A stretch of 62,551 bases of DNA, counting the filler. It is 11 parts of 11 records of this genome, joined end to end, with 100 filler letters (N's around TTAATTAATTAA, not from the genome) between each part and the next. Parts side by side here need not be neighbours in the genome. Positions count along the whole stretch, not along the records: positions 9,055 to 16,167 come from SRR7504441_11961; positions 16,268 to 19,409 come from SRR7504441_11963; positions 19,510 to 29,018 come from SRR7504441_11965; 8 more parts are not named here. One strand, written 5' to 3'. How positions within the stretch are numbered: position 1 is the stretch's first letter; each line of letters begins with the position of its first letter. Under the pieces are notes generated by a model, which was not told where the DNA came from, searched no databases, and saw only the letters and a list, made by a program, of their open reading frames with translations. Shown piece by piece: positions 12,301-23,436 of this stretch. A program made the position numbers and the translations under genes.

Positions 12301-12978
12301 GAAGCCAGCCTCAAGCAGCTCGGGATCGCTGATGGGACTCAGATCGTGGCTCAACAGCTGCCCCGACCCGAGCGGCTTCAGGTGGGCCAAGTGCTGCTCC
12401 GAGTGGCTAAGCGCGACACCGGTCGACGGGCACTAGAACAGGAGCGCGAGCTTGTTTTTACCATGGTGCTGCCTGGGGCATCGGCGCTGGTAGCAGCGCT
12501 GGCGTGTGAATTTGGGTTGGCAAGCGAGGATGTTGTGGTGGCTAAGTACATCTCGCATAAGCACAAATGGCTGCGGCTGCCGGTGGATGACCAAGCGCTG
12601 CTGGAAGCCCTGGAGCCTAGTATGCGGAAGAAGCCGCGACCGGCGAGCCTGGAGCTGCCCCCATTCATGCTGCAAGATGGCGACTTGCTCGCGGTGGGAA
12701 CAGACTGCGAAGACGATTTTGGGACAGCGGAGGACGAGGCAGCGTTGTTGGCACGGGCGGCAGAGCAAGGGAAGACACGGGAGGAGCGCAGGCGGAAGCC
12801 TCGGCAAGCGGAGGAGGGGATCAAGCTTAATCTGACGAAGAAGCAGGAGGTGGAGGTGGACGAGAGCCAAATACTGGAGTTAAGTAGCATGGGATTCGAG
12901 TACGATAAAGCTAAGGCCGCGCTAGTTGCCAACGCTTGCAACTTGGAGGCCGCTTTAGATCAACTGTTGTCAAGCTGA
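9322..12978 (+). CDS. USP40: Ubiquitin-specific protease, USP40-like, with C-terminal UBA domain (multi-exon)
   Basis: N-terminal MFAGLFDEE, Cys box GLVNLGATCYLNSLLQ, QQDAHE, zinc-finger CxxC pairs, His box IHSGSAGGGHYHALIKD, Ubl-like repeats, PFMLQDGDLL, and UBA-like LSSMGFEYDKAKAALVANACNLEAALDQLL. Confidence 0.8.
11180..11201 (+). repeat. Short interstitial telomere-like array TTAGGG TTAGCG TTAGGG TTAG
   Basis: Read directly from the sequence; it lies within a candidate 30-nt GT-AG intron at 11172-11201. Confidence 0.7.
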
Positions 12979-13032
12979 GCCAAATACTTATAGTAAATAG
13001 AACTGGTGTGATTCGCTTTTTACCCTGTATCA

Positions 13033-13040
13033 TACATGTA
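13033..13040. promoter_or_regulatory. Palindromic TACATGTA motif, candidate 3'-end signal (also 17020, 17032, 23384, 32687, 43209, 48933)
   Basis: Seven exact copies, all in AT-rich DNA shortly downstream of stop codons. Confidence 0.45.
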
Positions 13041-13400
13041 CAATGTCATGTAATGACGAAAAATGACCGTCGTGGACCTATTGTGCCCGCAAAAACCCCT
13101 TGGTCGAATTTGAGAGGTCGAAAAACAGCACCCCCCCCGGACCCTACCCGAACCCTTAGCCAGGTTATAATTAATAGAACCCCTAAACTTACATGAATTG
13201 TACTTATATGAATTTTTATTATCCAAGCACCCAGTAGTAGTAGTAGATCTAGTGGTAGTAGTGGTCATGCTTCTGGAACTGTCTTGTGCTGCAATCATGC
13301 GTCTCGGGTGGCAGGCACCCTACCTACAACATGCCGTGGTAATGCCGGGGTGCACCCGAGCACTCCCTACTGCACTTCCGGTGGTTGCAGCTACTGAAGC

Positions 13401-16147
13401 TCATAATTGACGGCGCGCTGCCCTCTGCCGTGCCAGGTCCTCCACCACCTCCCCGTGTGTGTGCTCGAATGGATTGAATCCTGCTCGCAGGCTCGCCGGG
13501 GTGCACCCGAGCACTCCCGGTGGTTGCATCAGCAGCTGGCGAGAGCTCACAAACCCCGTAGGTGCGGGGCCCAGCCGTGGCTGAGCCTGCCCAAGCGTGG
13601 CCGGGCCCTGCAGACTTCGGCGCAGCTCGGCCGAGGTCTGATTCAAGACAGGCTGTGGCGTGGTTGGCTGGTCACCCCGTCTAAGGATGGAGGCCAGCTT
13701 GCCTCTATCCTCGGTCTCGAGCTCCAGAATAGATGCCAGCTTGCTCACCCCGGCCGATGCCACCTGCATTCGGTCCTTTTCTGGGGTCTGTTGGTCGTGT
13801 TGGGTCTCGAGCTGTTGCTTGAGCTCCAGCAGATTGGCCAGCCGGCCGCTCTGCTGCTGAGCCAGTTCGAACTCGAGCACAGAGATCCGGCTTGTCAACT
13901 CAGTCGCCTGCAACCCATCAATCCACGATCCAACCGCCAGGCACCCTGCACTTCTCTGCTCGGAGTTGCTCGAGCTCATTGAGCACTGCTGGAGGCACAG
14001 CATGCGCCGGCCACATCTGGGCGCCGGGCGCCTGCACATTTGCAGTGAGGCGGTTGGCTAGGCTTTATATGAGCATGCTAGAAGGAATCACCTGCAGCTG
14101 GGGCTTCTCTCGCTCAGCGACCAGCTCGGCCTGCAGCTGAGTGACCTGGGCCTTCAGGTCTTGGCTCTGTGCCAGCACCTGCGCCAGCCATTAGAGCCGG
14201 CGCAGCCCCGACACTCGCCTGCTCCAGCGACTCTACTTGCCTGGCAAGCTCCGACACTTGCTCGGCCTCCACCTCCAGCGCCGCCTCCCGACCCACGCTC
14301 TGCTGCAGCTGGCCTCTCAGCTCGTCGCGCTCGGCAACAAGCTCGGCCTCCTTGCTCCGCCATTCCGCCATCAGCTGCTCCGCCTCCTCCACCCGCGCTG
14401 AGAGCGGCCCCAGCTGGGCGGTGGCTGAGCGCTCAATCTGAAGCTGCTCCTTTACAGTGTCGAGCTCCACCTGGAGCGACTGGACAGCCGCTTGGCTCTG
14501 GCTCAACTCGGCGTTCAACTCTTTTACCAGCTGTCCGCTTGTCTCAGCTTGCTCGAGCAGCGGCGGCAGCTGCCCCGAAGCTTCCTCGAGCTCGCGCTGC
14601 AGCCTATCTGTCCGACTGGTTAGCTGCTCGACCGCAGCCTTGAGCACGCCCTCCCGTCTTGCTGATGCGTCTGTCTCCTGCCGCAGCCGCGCTAGCTCCT
14701 CCTGGCTGCTGGCCAGTCGCTGCTCGGCCTGCTCGGCCCGCAACTCAGCTGCCTGGGTCTCGTCCGAAGTGTCCTTCTCCATTGCGGCCACTCTGGCAGC
14801 CAGCGGCCCTATCTGGTTTGAAGTGGCCTGCAGCGCAGCCTCTCTCTGCTGGCTCAGCTCGAGATCGTGCTGCAAGGCCTTGACTCGCTCCTCGAGCGGA
14901 TTCGGGTCTTGGACCTTGAGCTCCAGCCGGTCCAGCTGCTCGTGCAGCGAGTCCACAACCATCTGCTCCACCTTGAGCGCGGCCGCCTCCGCCTCCTCGT
15001 CGCCCTCGAGCCCCAGCAGCTGCTGCTCCACCGCCATCGCCGCGTGCACCAAATCTGGCTCCTGTGGCACCGGTCTATCCGCGAGCAGCTCAGCGGTGGC
15101 CTGGTTGGTGGCGTCCAGCTCAGTCTGCAAGAGCTCACACCTAGCTTGGAGAGGCTGCAGCTGGCTGACCGCCTGGAGCAGGGTGGCCTCCCTCTGCTCG
15201 CTCAACTCCCTGTCCGCCTCCATACGCGCCAGCCTCGTCCGCGTGTGCTCCAGCTCCTGCACCAGCCCTGCCTCGCGCACCGCCACCTCCGCCACCATAT
15301 TTTCCGCTAGCTCCGTCTTCCCCGCCAGGGGCTCCAGCCGCTCCACGAGTCCACCCAGCGACCGCTCTCTCTCCCGCGCCGCAGCCAGATCGGCCGCCAT
15401 CTGAGACTGCAGCCCAAGCATCGTATCGGCCTGCGCTACCGCCCGATCTGCCGCAAGCAGTTTCTGCTGTGCCTGAGAAAGCTCAGAGCGCAACCCCGAC
15501 GCCTCCTGCTCCACCGCAGCGCACCGACCCCCCAGCGTCTCCAAGGCGCCCTCGGCCTGCTGGGCGCGCACGTGCAGCAACTCGGCCGCCTGACGCTTCT
15601 CCTCCAGCGCCCGCTCCGCCCCGGCCAGCCGCCCCTCCAGATCAGCCCGCTCAACCCGCCCCTGCTCGGCAATCGCCTCCGCCGCCGCCGTCCGCTCGCG
15701 CTGCTCGGCCAGCGCGGCGCTGCCCGCCTTGCGCTGGGCCACGGCCGTCTCCAGCGCTGACTCGGCTACCTGCCGCCGCCGGGCCTCGGCGACCACCTCG
15801 GCTTCCACCCGGGCCTTTTCGGCGGCTTGCAAGTCTTCCTGCCGGTAGTCGCTCTCCAGGTGCTGCTTGGTGAGCCCTGGGGCGGGCTGGCTGGACATGT
15901 CGTGCAGCGGGCTCCGCCACCGCCGGGTGAGGTCCCGATCCAGCCGGCCCTCCTTGTCTGCGTCGATCGCGTCGACCACCGAGTCCGCGGCGCTGGCCGG
16001 GGGCGGCTGGTCCTCGCTCCCGCCCAGCCGACTCCGGAGCCTCCCAGCCACCTGGTCCGGCTTCCAGCGCGAGTAGTTATCTAGTATCCCCATCCTCGCC
16101 ACAGTGCCATCCTCATCGCCAAATTTTGTTTTGAGTTGATTTCTCAT
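13401..16147 (-). CDS. Long coiled-coil protein of unknown function (ORFs 14114-16147 and 13401-14039, probably joined by short introns)
   Basis: E/Q/A/L-rich heptad-type sequence over about 600 aa; no catalytic motif. Confidence 0.7.
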
Positions 16148-16276
16148 GCACCATGCTCTCTGATTGANNNNNNNNNNNNNNNNNNNNNNNNNNNNNNNNN
16201 NNNNNNNNNNNTTAATTAATTAANNNNNNNNNNNNNNNNNNNNNNNNNNNNNNNNNNNNNNNNNNNNAACGAGATC

Positions 16277-16981
16277 GTGCTGGAGGTGGATCTGGAGCGG
16301 GAGGTGATCGTGGACTTCTACAAGACCAAGGCCGAGATCGTGGCAGGCTGTTGCTTCTCCTGCCACAACTGCTGCAGTGAGCACGCCCACGGGCCGCCGT
16401 TGGGTAATGGCGAGGCAGGCCCGTGGAGGTGGACAGATATGTCAGTCAAGTACAACGCGATGCACGTGGCTGTTACTGCGCACAACGTGCTCTATCTAGT
16501 GGAAAAGGTGCCGCATCACGTGCTGAACCCCTGTCCGCCCTGCTGCTGCTGCATGTCCTCTAATTACAAAGAGGACTACGCGCCCAAGATGCGCAAGTCG
16601 ATCCCTCTGGAGAAGATCACAGACATCGAGATCCAGGAGGCCGGCTCTAATGAGCTCGTCAGTCCCACCTGCTGCTACCATTGCCCACCGCGCTGCAACC
16701 CGGAGTCGTTAGAGATTCCGTTCTCCCGATCTTCTATCAATACTGCTGGCAGCATCGGCTTTGAGCTGGTGATCGAAGGGGTCAAGGACCCCAAGGCATT
16801 TAAGCAGGTCGTGATGGATCAGAAGCGAGGAGCGAGCGGGCATTCGGTTTCTGCAGTGATTTCATCGGCACCGGGGCAGCACGGGATGTCTATTGGAGCC
16901 GACTCTGAGGTCACCAAGTTGCTCCAAGATATTGCAGAGAGCAACCGCGGCATTCTCCAGGCGTTGCAAGATCAAAAATAG
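16277..16981 (+). CDS. Cys-rich protein with a bacterial-PH (bPH_2/DUF304)-like domain, 5' possibly truncated
   Basis: RKSIPLEKITDIEIQE...INTAG...ELVIEGVKDPKAFKQVVM pattern, plus Cys clusters CCFSCHNCC, PCPPCCCC and TCCYHC. Confidence 0.55.
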   Translation: MLEVDLEREVIVDFYKTKAEIVAGCCFSCHNCCSEHAHGPPLGNGEAGPWRWTDMSVKYNAMHVAVTAHNVLYLVEKVPHHVLNPCPPCCCCMSSNYKEDYAPKMRKSIPLEKITDIEIQEAGSNELVSPTCCYHCPPRCNPESLEIPFSRSSINTAGSIGFELVIEGVKDPKAFKQVVMDQKRGASGHSVSAVISSAPGQHGMSIGADSEVTKLLQDIAESNRGILQALQDQK

Positions 16982-17125
16982 ACCCATGTCAATACTGATG
17001 TGTTCGTACGTGACCGAACTACATGTATTGGTACATGTAGTAAGGCTTAGTCAGGCTTACGACGTTACGAGTATAGTTGGTATCCTGTAATCAATATCCT
17101 CAGCGTTACGAGTATAAGTATCATC

Positions 17126-19257
17126 ATGCGCGCACACACTCAGCTTAGGCTCACTTTGACCTCCGCGGATGGAGCGCCGCCTTGCATTGCAACGGACTCA
17201 ACTGTCTTGGAAAGGATGCTACTCAGACAGTGGAGCTCCAGCGATGCTACTGAGTGGCTGTGGACGCTTGTGGCCCGGCACCTTCCGCTGATCGGGCTGG
17301 CCCGGCTGCAGTGCAGCTTCAAAGCCGGCGTGCCAGCGGTCGGCCTGCTCGCCGAGGCCCTGCGCCCGGCCCTCCAGCTCCTTCCCAACGAGTTCGAGCT
17401 CCTTGCCTTCCCAACGAGTCCTGGCCTGGCCCGGTTGCAGCAGCCGTGGCGGTTCGCGCACCACACAGCGGCCCAGCTGGGCCGGCTGGTCCTCCAGATC
17501 CTGAATGTGCACGCCATCGCGCTCCACCGCTCTTGCCTCGCGCCAGAGCACAGTTCACCTGCAGTTGGGCAGGACGAGGACGAGGACGAGGAGCTCTCGC
17601 TCTTAAGGAGGCGGCCTTCGTGCATCCCCAGGCGAGCGCGCGACGGGCGCCGCTGGTTTGTTGAATCCGACCTGGAGGCGCTCCCGCCGCTGCCCTGGAT
17701 CGCAGTGCCGCCCGAGCTGGCCGACGGGACCCAACGGACTGGCCAGTTCTCAGTGGGAGTGGACACGTTCTCGGGTCGTAGCGGCCCGGCTCAGATTCGC
17801 TTCTCGGCGGATGTGCTTGGCACGGCCAGGCGATTGGTTCGGTGGATGGCGGCAGCGTACCGAGGGCTGCCAGCCGCTGCCGAGGAGCGAGCCAGATTGT
17901 TTGTGCTGGCTCGGTGCCAGCTGCATCAGTTTGTCGAGATCAGCTCGCGAGGTCAGGCGGCTGAGCTCACACCGCTGGCCGAGATGGCGTGGATGTGCAA
18001 GTTGTGGAGGCAGGACCATTTGTTTAACGCGCTGGACAGATTCAATTATCTACCCACTGCGGCTGAGATTGACACCGACTTTCAGGCTCGGTTCGGCGCC
18101 AATGGCATCATTGAGTATGCGGGAGCCCATTGCGGGGTGATTACTGAGCCTCCAGTACAAGGGTTTGACACTTATGGTGTTGAAGAGGCTTGTGAAGTAG
18201 CGCAGCGGATCTGTTCGCTGCAGGATGAGGTGCAGCGGCTGATTGAGGCCGGTCGTGTATACAGTCGTACCGATCTGCAGCAGTATGATAAAAACCAGGA
18301 CCTGATCAAGGCGGCCAGTACCGAACTCAAGCCACTCGAGCCCTGGCAGAATCCTGGGGTGCTAGTTGATCGGGCCGGCGGGCAGAATCCGAGTAACGAA
18401 CATCTAACCGCAGATTTTGTGGTCTGGTTTGAGAATATGTGCGAATCTGAAGGCCAGAAGCCGGATCAGCTGGACTTTGGAGCGCTTGATTTTGATGAGG
18501 CCTTGGCCGAGTACAAGAGCATGTGGTTTCAGATGGCCAAGCTCGTAAACAATGAGCTCGTGGTCGACACTAGCAACTACAGCCTGAGCCTGCGCCCTCG
18601 GAGCTACCTGTGCGACTTGGTGCGATTGTCTCGCTATTTGTTGTCCACGAGACCTCCCTTGTACACTTAGTTCCTGGGCTAGTGCTGTAGTCTGTAGTAG
18701 GGGTCGTGCTGGTCTGGGTGGTGTCTTGGCTGAGGACTGGGGGGGCAGATCTGGCACGCCCATCAATTGCACAGGTGCAACCCACCTAAGCCCGGGCCGG
18801 GCTGACTTGAACGGTTTGCAGCTGCGAGTACCGACTAGACTGCTTGCGGCTGATTGGCGAGGCTGTCATTCACGATCCAGATGTGCCGCTTGTGTCAGAG
18901 ACTGACCCTGCCGGCCGGCTGAGCACAGCTGAGCTTGATGGGATGCTCTCTCGTGGATCAGATTTGCTCCGGCGGGCAAACGGCGAGCCGGATGCGGAGT
19001 TGTTCTCCGAGTGCGTGGCGCTAATGGAGCAGCTCAAGCATGCGTCGGAGCGGCTGAGACGTGAGGCCAAACAGGAGGTTGGATCGGCTCTCCAACGGGA
19101 TCAACTCTCAACAGCGCGGGCCAGTGAGCAGCGTATGATTAGGTTGTTGTGCCAGAATTTGTTTGAGTATGTGGATAATTCGAAGAAAGCTCACGGGTTA
19201 GAATTCGACCCCACTTGGAGCCTGTACGATCTAGAGAGAGCTGATCGGTTCTGGTGA
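17126..19257 (+). CDS. GRDP/DUF1399-like protein
   Basis: Removing introns 18620-18748 and 18775-18821 joins two ORFs and gives ALAEYK...CDL|IWHAHQLHS|CEYRLDCLRLIGEAVIHDP, which matches the DxxWHxHxL..Y..DC..G..I.HD motif. Start codon uncertain. Confidence 0.65.
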
Positions 19258-19538
19258 TCACGAGCGGCTCCTTCGTCAGGCTTCGTGGCAGCAACCATTT
19301 TGAATTAAGGCATTGCAAGTACTTAAGTCTTTTCGGTATTTTCAGGATTAGAGAAATCAATTCGTTTATTAAGTAAACTCTAATACCCTTCGCCCTTTAG
19401 GCGTTGAAGNNNNNNNNNNNNNNNNNNNNNNNNNNNNNNNNNNNNNNNNNNNNTTAATTAATTAANNNNNNNNNNNNNNNNNNNNNNNNNNNNNNNNNNN
19501 NNNNNNNNNAAGGAAACAGGGCGTCCATCACTCCGGCG

Positions 19539-22500
19539 ATGCTGTGGGCAGGCGGCTCGTCGTCGGGCGACGAGGAGCTGCAGCTGCACCGGGCCGTGGC
19601 CGGCTCGGAGGACGACCCGATGGCGGTGCTCCTCCACAACCGGTCCCAGCTGGTCCGCCAGCACTGCGGCCCGTCTGTTGGGCTGCTCGGCGAAAGCTGC
19701 TGCGAGCTCCCGGGCTGGGTGGACGTCCAGGGCGAGAACTACCCCGCGGCCATATCCGACCACCCGCCCGCCACCAGCTCACTTGGGGCGATCCAACAGT
19801 GAGTAGTAGTGTGGCGCGTTGCGAGCCCCTGGCGGGCAGGGCTGTGCTCGAGGAATGCCGGTGCAGGATCACAGGCGAGCTCATGACTGAGCCCGTGACC
19901 GCCCCTGACGGGCACACGTACGAGCGGTCGGCGATTGTCCAGTGGTTGGCCCAGGAGGGGGTCTCGCCGTTCACGAAGCAGCCAATGTCGGCGGATGAGT
20001 TGCATCCGAATAGGAATATCGCAAACCAGCTGGACGCGCTCAGGTGCCACCTGGCCGCAGGAGTATATATGTGGCTCAGTTCGGGCCGCAGGGGTCTGGA
20101 TCCGACGCGCGCCGGTTCAGTCGTGAATCAGAAGGCCGCGGAATCGATAGCCGATGAGTGCGAGATGTCCTACGCTGATTTCCTGTGGTACGGTGGTGCC
20201 AAAGGCGAAGGGGACCCAAATGGGCTCCACCGCCCTCTGCAGCACTGGCTGCCGGACGAGGCCGCCACCAGGTGCCAGAACGAGAGGTGCGCCCAAGCGT
20301 TTGGCGGTTACGCACGCCGACATCACTGCCGATGGTGCGGCCAAGTGTTTTGCTACCGGTGCTGCCAGGAGTGGGTACACATCCCGGTCGATCAGCTAAG
20401 AGAGGCCCCAGTCGAGCCACAACGGAGCTTTCTGCAGGCGCCGCAGCCCCTGGCAACGGCTTGCGTAGCCATCCCGACAGGTGGTGGCTTCAGAGATCAC
20501 AGCCAGGGTGTCTTCTGGCAGATACTTGGCACTCAGCAGGCCACAGCGCGTATGCATCAAATGTGCCGAGCACTGGACTCGTAGAAACTGCTCAGAAGCT
20601 ACCCGACGACGGTGTGCCTCCGGCTGTTGGGTGGGCTAGCTTGGGACAGGTGGGAGCAGTTAGAACTGCGGCTGTCTGACATGGAGATATCTGGGCTATG
20701 GCGGCTTTACAGGGAGAGTCCAGATGAGCTGGAGCGGACTGCTGCTGGTGGGCTCATCTCGCGTATGGCTAGTGCGCAGTATGGGTGGCACAAGCCCGGT
20801 CTGGCTGAGTATAGTAGCAAAAGCACGGTACAGCGGTTTCTGTGGCGTAATCGGGGAATATTCGGGCAAGTGTCTAGTTATCTACTCGCGTTGGTGCGGA
20901 GTGTCACCTGGGGCGGACAAAGCTCGGCACAGGACAGAGCAGAGCAAGAGGAGCTGCTCCAGATCCTCAGTGATAGTGCTGCGGCCTATGTGCATCGGGA
21001 CCATGCTGCGAGCCAGCGATGCCGGGCGGCTGGCAGCGGTCGACACCGTTCAAACCTGCCAGAGTCAGTCTACGAGCAAATTTGTGTCTCGCGGAACGCG
21101 TATACGTGCATCCAGCCCGAGGACGCCATGCGGCTGCTGCTGATGGAGATTCGGAATGAGAGACTTACTCAGATCGCGTGCTCTGTGCTCATACAACATG
21201 CCCGCGAGGCCCCACAGTGGCTCGAGTGCTGGGTCCCGCTGCTCGTAGCGCTCTGGAAGAAAGTGTCCTACTCGCCCGAGGTGTGTAACCAGCTCGAGGC
21301 GTTCTTCGAGAATCTGGCCGACTTGAAGCACGATGTTGTGCTCCACGATTTGTATCACAGTTTGAAGCTCGAGCATGAATGCGCTGCAAGCAAGGAAGAC
21401 AGCATGCGGGCGGTACGGGCCCTCACCCGGATCACCCGGACCATGCCTGAAGCTGTCTACCAAAAGCTGATCCTAGGCGACGCGTTCATCGAGTTTGTCC
21501 ATAAGCAGGTCGGGTACGCAAGTGAGGCTGGTGACACTGCCTGCCACAGCCCCAGGCCGGGCCGGAGCTGCGCGCTCCGCCGCAAGTTTTCTGCTGTGTT
21601 CGAGCAAATGCAACCGCGCGGCAAGTGGCGGGGAGTGCTCCCCGACAAGGTTTCAAAGCAACTCGTCCACGAGACTGCACACCGCGTGACTCAGATGGGT
21701 GGAGATCCTTCAGAGGCTGGCGAGGTCGGCGCACTGCTCGCTGAAGCAGGCCAGCAATCGGGCTGGCTACAGCCGCAGCCAGGTCTGAAGGAAAGCAAGC
21801 AGGTCGCCCAAATCGCAGCTTCGACGGCGGCCATCTCTTCGTGGCTGTCTGCGCATTGGATCTGGGAGGGTAAGCAGTTTCCTGTGCCCACAGATCCACG
21901 CCAGGAGTGCACTGGACTGGACAATGCCGAGCCGGTGCTGCCGTGAGGGCCAGGGCAGGCGTTAGGTCAGGGCCACAGGTGTCTGTCAAGCTGGAGGGGG
22001 CCTCAAGGCCAACTGTGATCCCACTTAGGTGCACTGACAATGGTCAATCACCAGGTGCCCCTTTTTGCCTGCCGGCAGGGCCTCATGATGACTGCACAGA
22101 GGATTCCAAGCGTGTGCTCAAGGTCTTGTACAAAATAGGGGACGACTTAAGGGTAGACCAAGCCGTCAGCTGTCTGGTCAGGCTGATGGAGCTCACCCTG
22201 GCCGAAGAGCTGGTGCCCTGGCTCAAAGAACAGTCCCAAAGCAAGGACCCCACCAGCCGCGAGCTGGCTCAGCTGGACCTGCACACCATTGAAGCGCTCT
22301 TCAGCGGGCCTGGCATAGGCCGATACCGTGTCTGCCCGACTGGCCAGTCTTCCGGGTTTATTCAGCTGGTATCCGGCGAGACACTGTGAGCGCGACCGGT
22401 GTTCCGTAATGTGCTGATGCCGGCTCGGCAGGTACAATATTGCACGCGACTACACTGATCTCCAAGACGACTCGCTGCCAGCCCGGGCCCGGTGTGGCAC

Positions 22501-23219
22501 TTCAATTGGCCGCTGGCTGTTCACTCAAAACCCGTCGCCCGAAGAATTTGTGGCCGCCAAGCAGCGGCTGGCTCACTCGATTGCAGTCTGGTTGGTGATT
22601 TCTTACCTGCTCGGATTTGGCGACCGGCACACGGACAACATCATGATCATGCCCAACGGCACACTCTTCCACATAGACTTTGGCTTCATTCTAGGTGCAC
22701 GCCCGGTACTTAAAGAGCCCAAACGAGGCGGGGCAGGCTGTGACCCCAAGCCGTCGATGATGTGCATTCCCAAAGTCAGGCTAGACAGCATTTGGCTCGA
22801 GTCGATTGGGCCAGAGAACGAGCACGTTTTCAAAAAGATGCTGCGGGCTTGCTTTCTGACGCTCAGGCGCAAGCAGGTGAGCGGCCCTCTGTGATGGCAT
22901 CTGTGAGGCTGGACAGGGGCTGTTGGTTCCGATGATCTTGCTGCTCGGTGAGATGGATCGAGTGGACCCACAGCATGTGGAGGAGCATTGCAATACCGTC
23001 TTCCTGCCCGCGCATCAGGAGGATACTGCATTTTCGCACTTATGGGCTACAATCAGCCAGGCCACTGATGCTTCAGGGGGGTCGTTCCGCGACATCTTTC
23101 ATCATTGGAGTCGGATTGGGCTTGCGGCTCGAGGAAGGGACTCGATCATGGATGGGATTGACGCTGCATTGGAGTTTGTTGGCGGAACCTGCAAAGGATC
23201 AGAGGCTGACGTACAATGA
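19539..23219 (+). CDS. U-box + FYVE + phosphatidylinositol 3-kinase catalytic domain protein (multi-exon)
   Basis: U-box CRITGELMTEPVTAPDGHTYERSAI..W...SPFT; FYVE WLPD..C..C...RRHHCRWCG.VFC..C...RVC..C; kinase YKIGDDLRVDQ, YLLGFGDRHTDNIMI, FHIDFGFILG, DPKP. Confidence 0.85.
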
Positions 23220-23436
23220 TAGTCAAATGATAGTTACATGTGGGCACATATAATTATATATAGTGGTAGCGAGACAGCCTAGAGACAACCAAGGCTAAGC
23301 CAGGGGGCGAGCGCAAGTAGCGCTAGCGCATAAATAAAATCATGACAGCTCAATAACAAATTAAACCGATTGTAGGGCAGTATTACATGTAGTCAGTATA
23401 CGCTACAATCATGATTGTGTAATCAAAATGAAATCA

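Noticed and set aside
14161-15873. Long antisense and alternate-frame ORFs (e.g. 14457-15404, 27558-28715, 41117-42298)
   Set aside because: Shadow ORFs of GC-rich coding DNA, with Ser/Arg/Pro-rich translations and no motifs.
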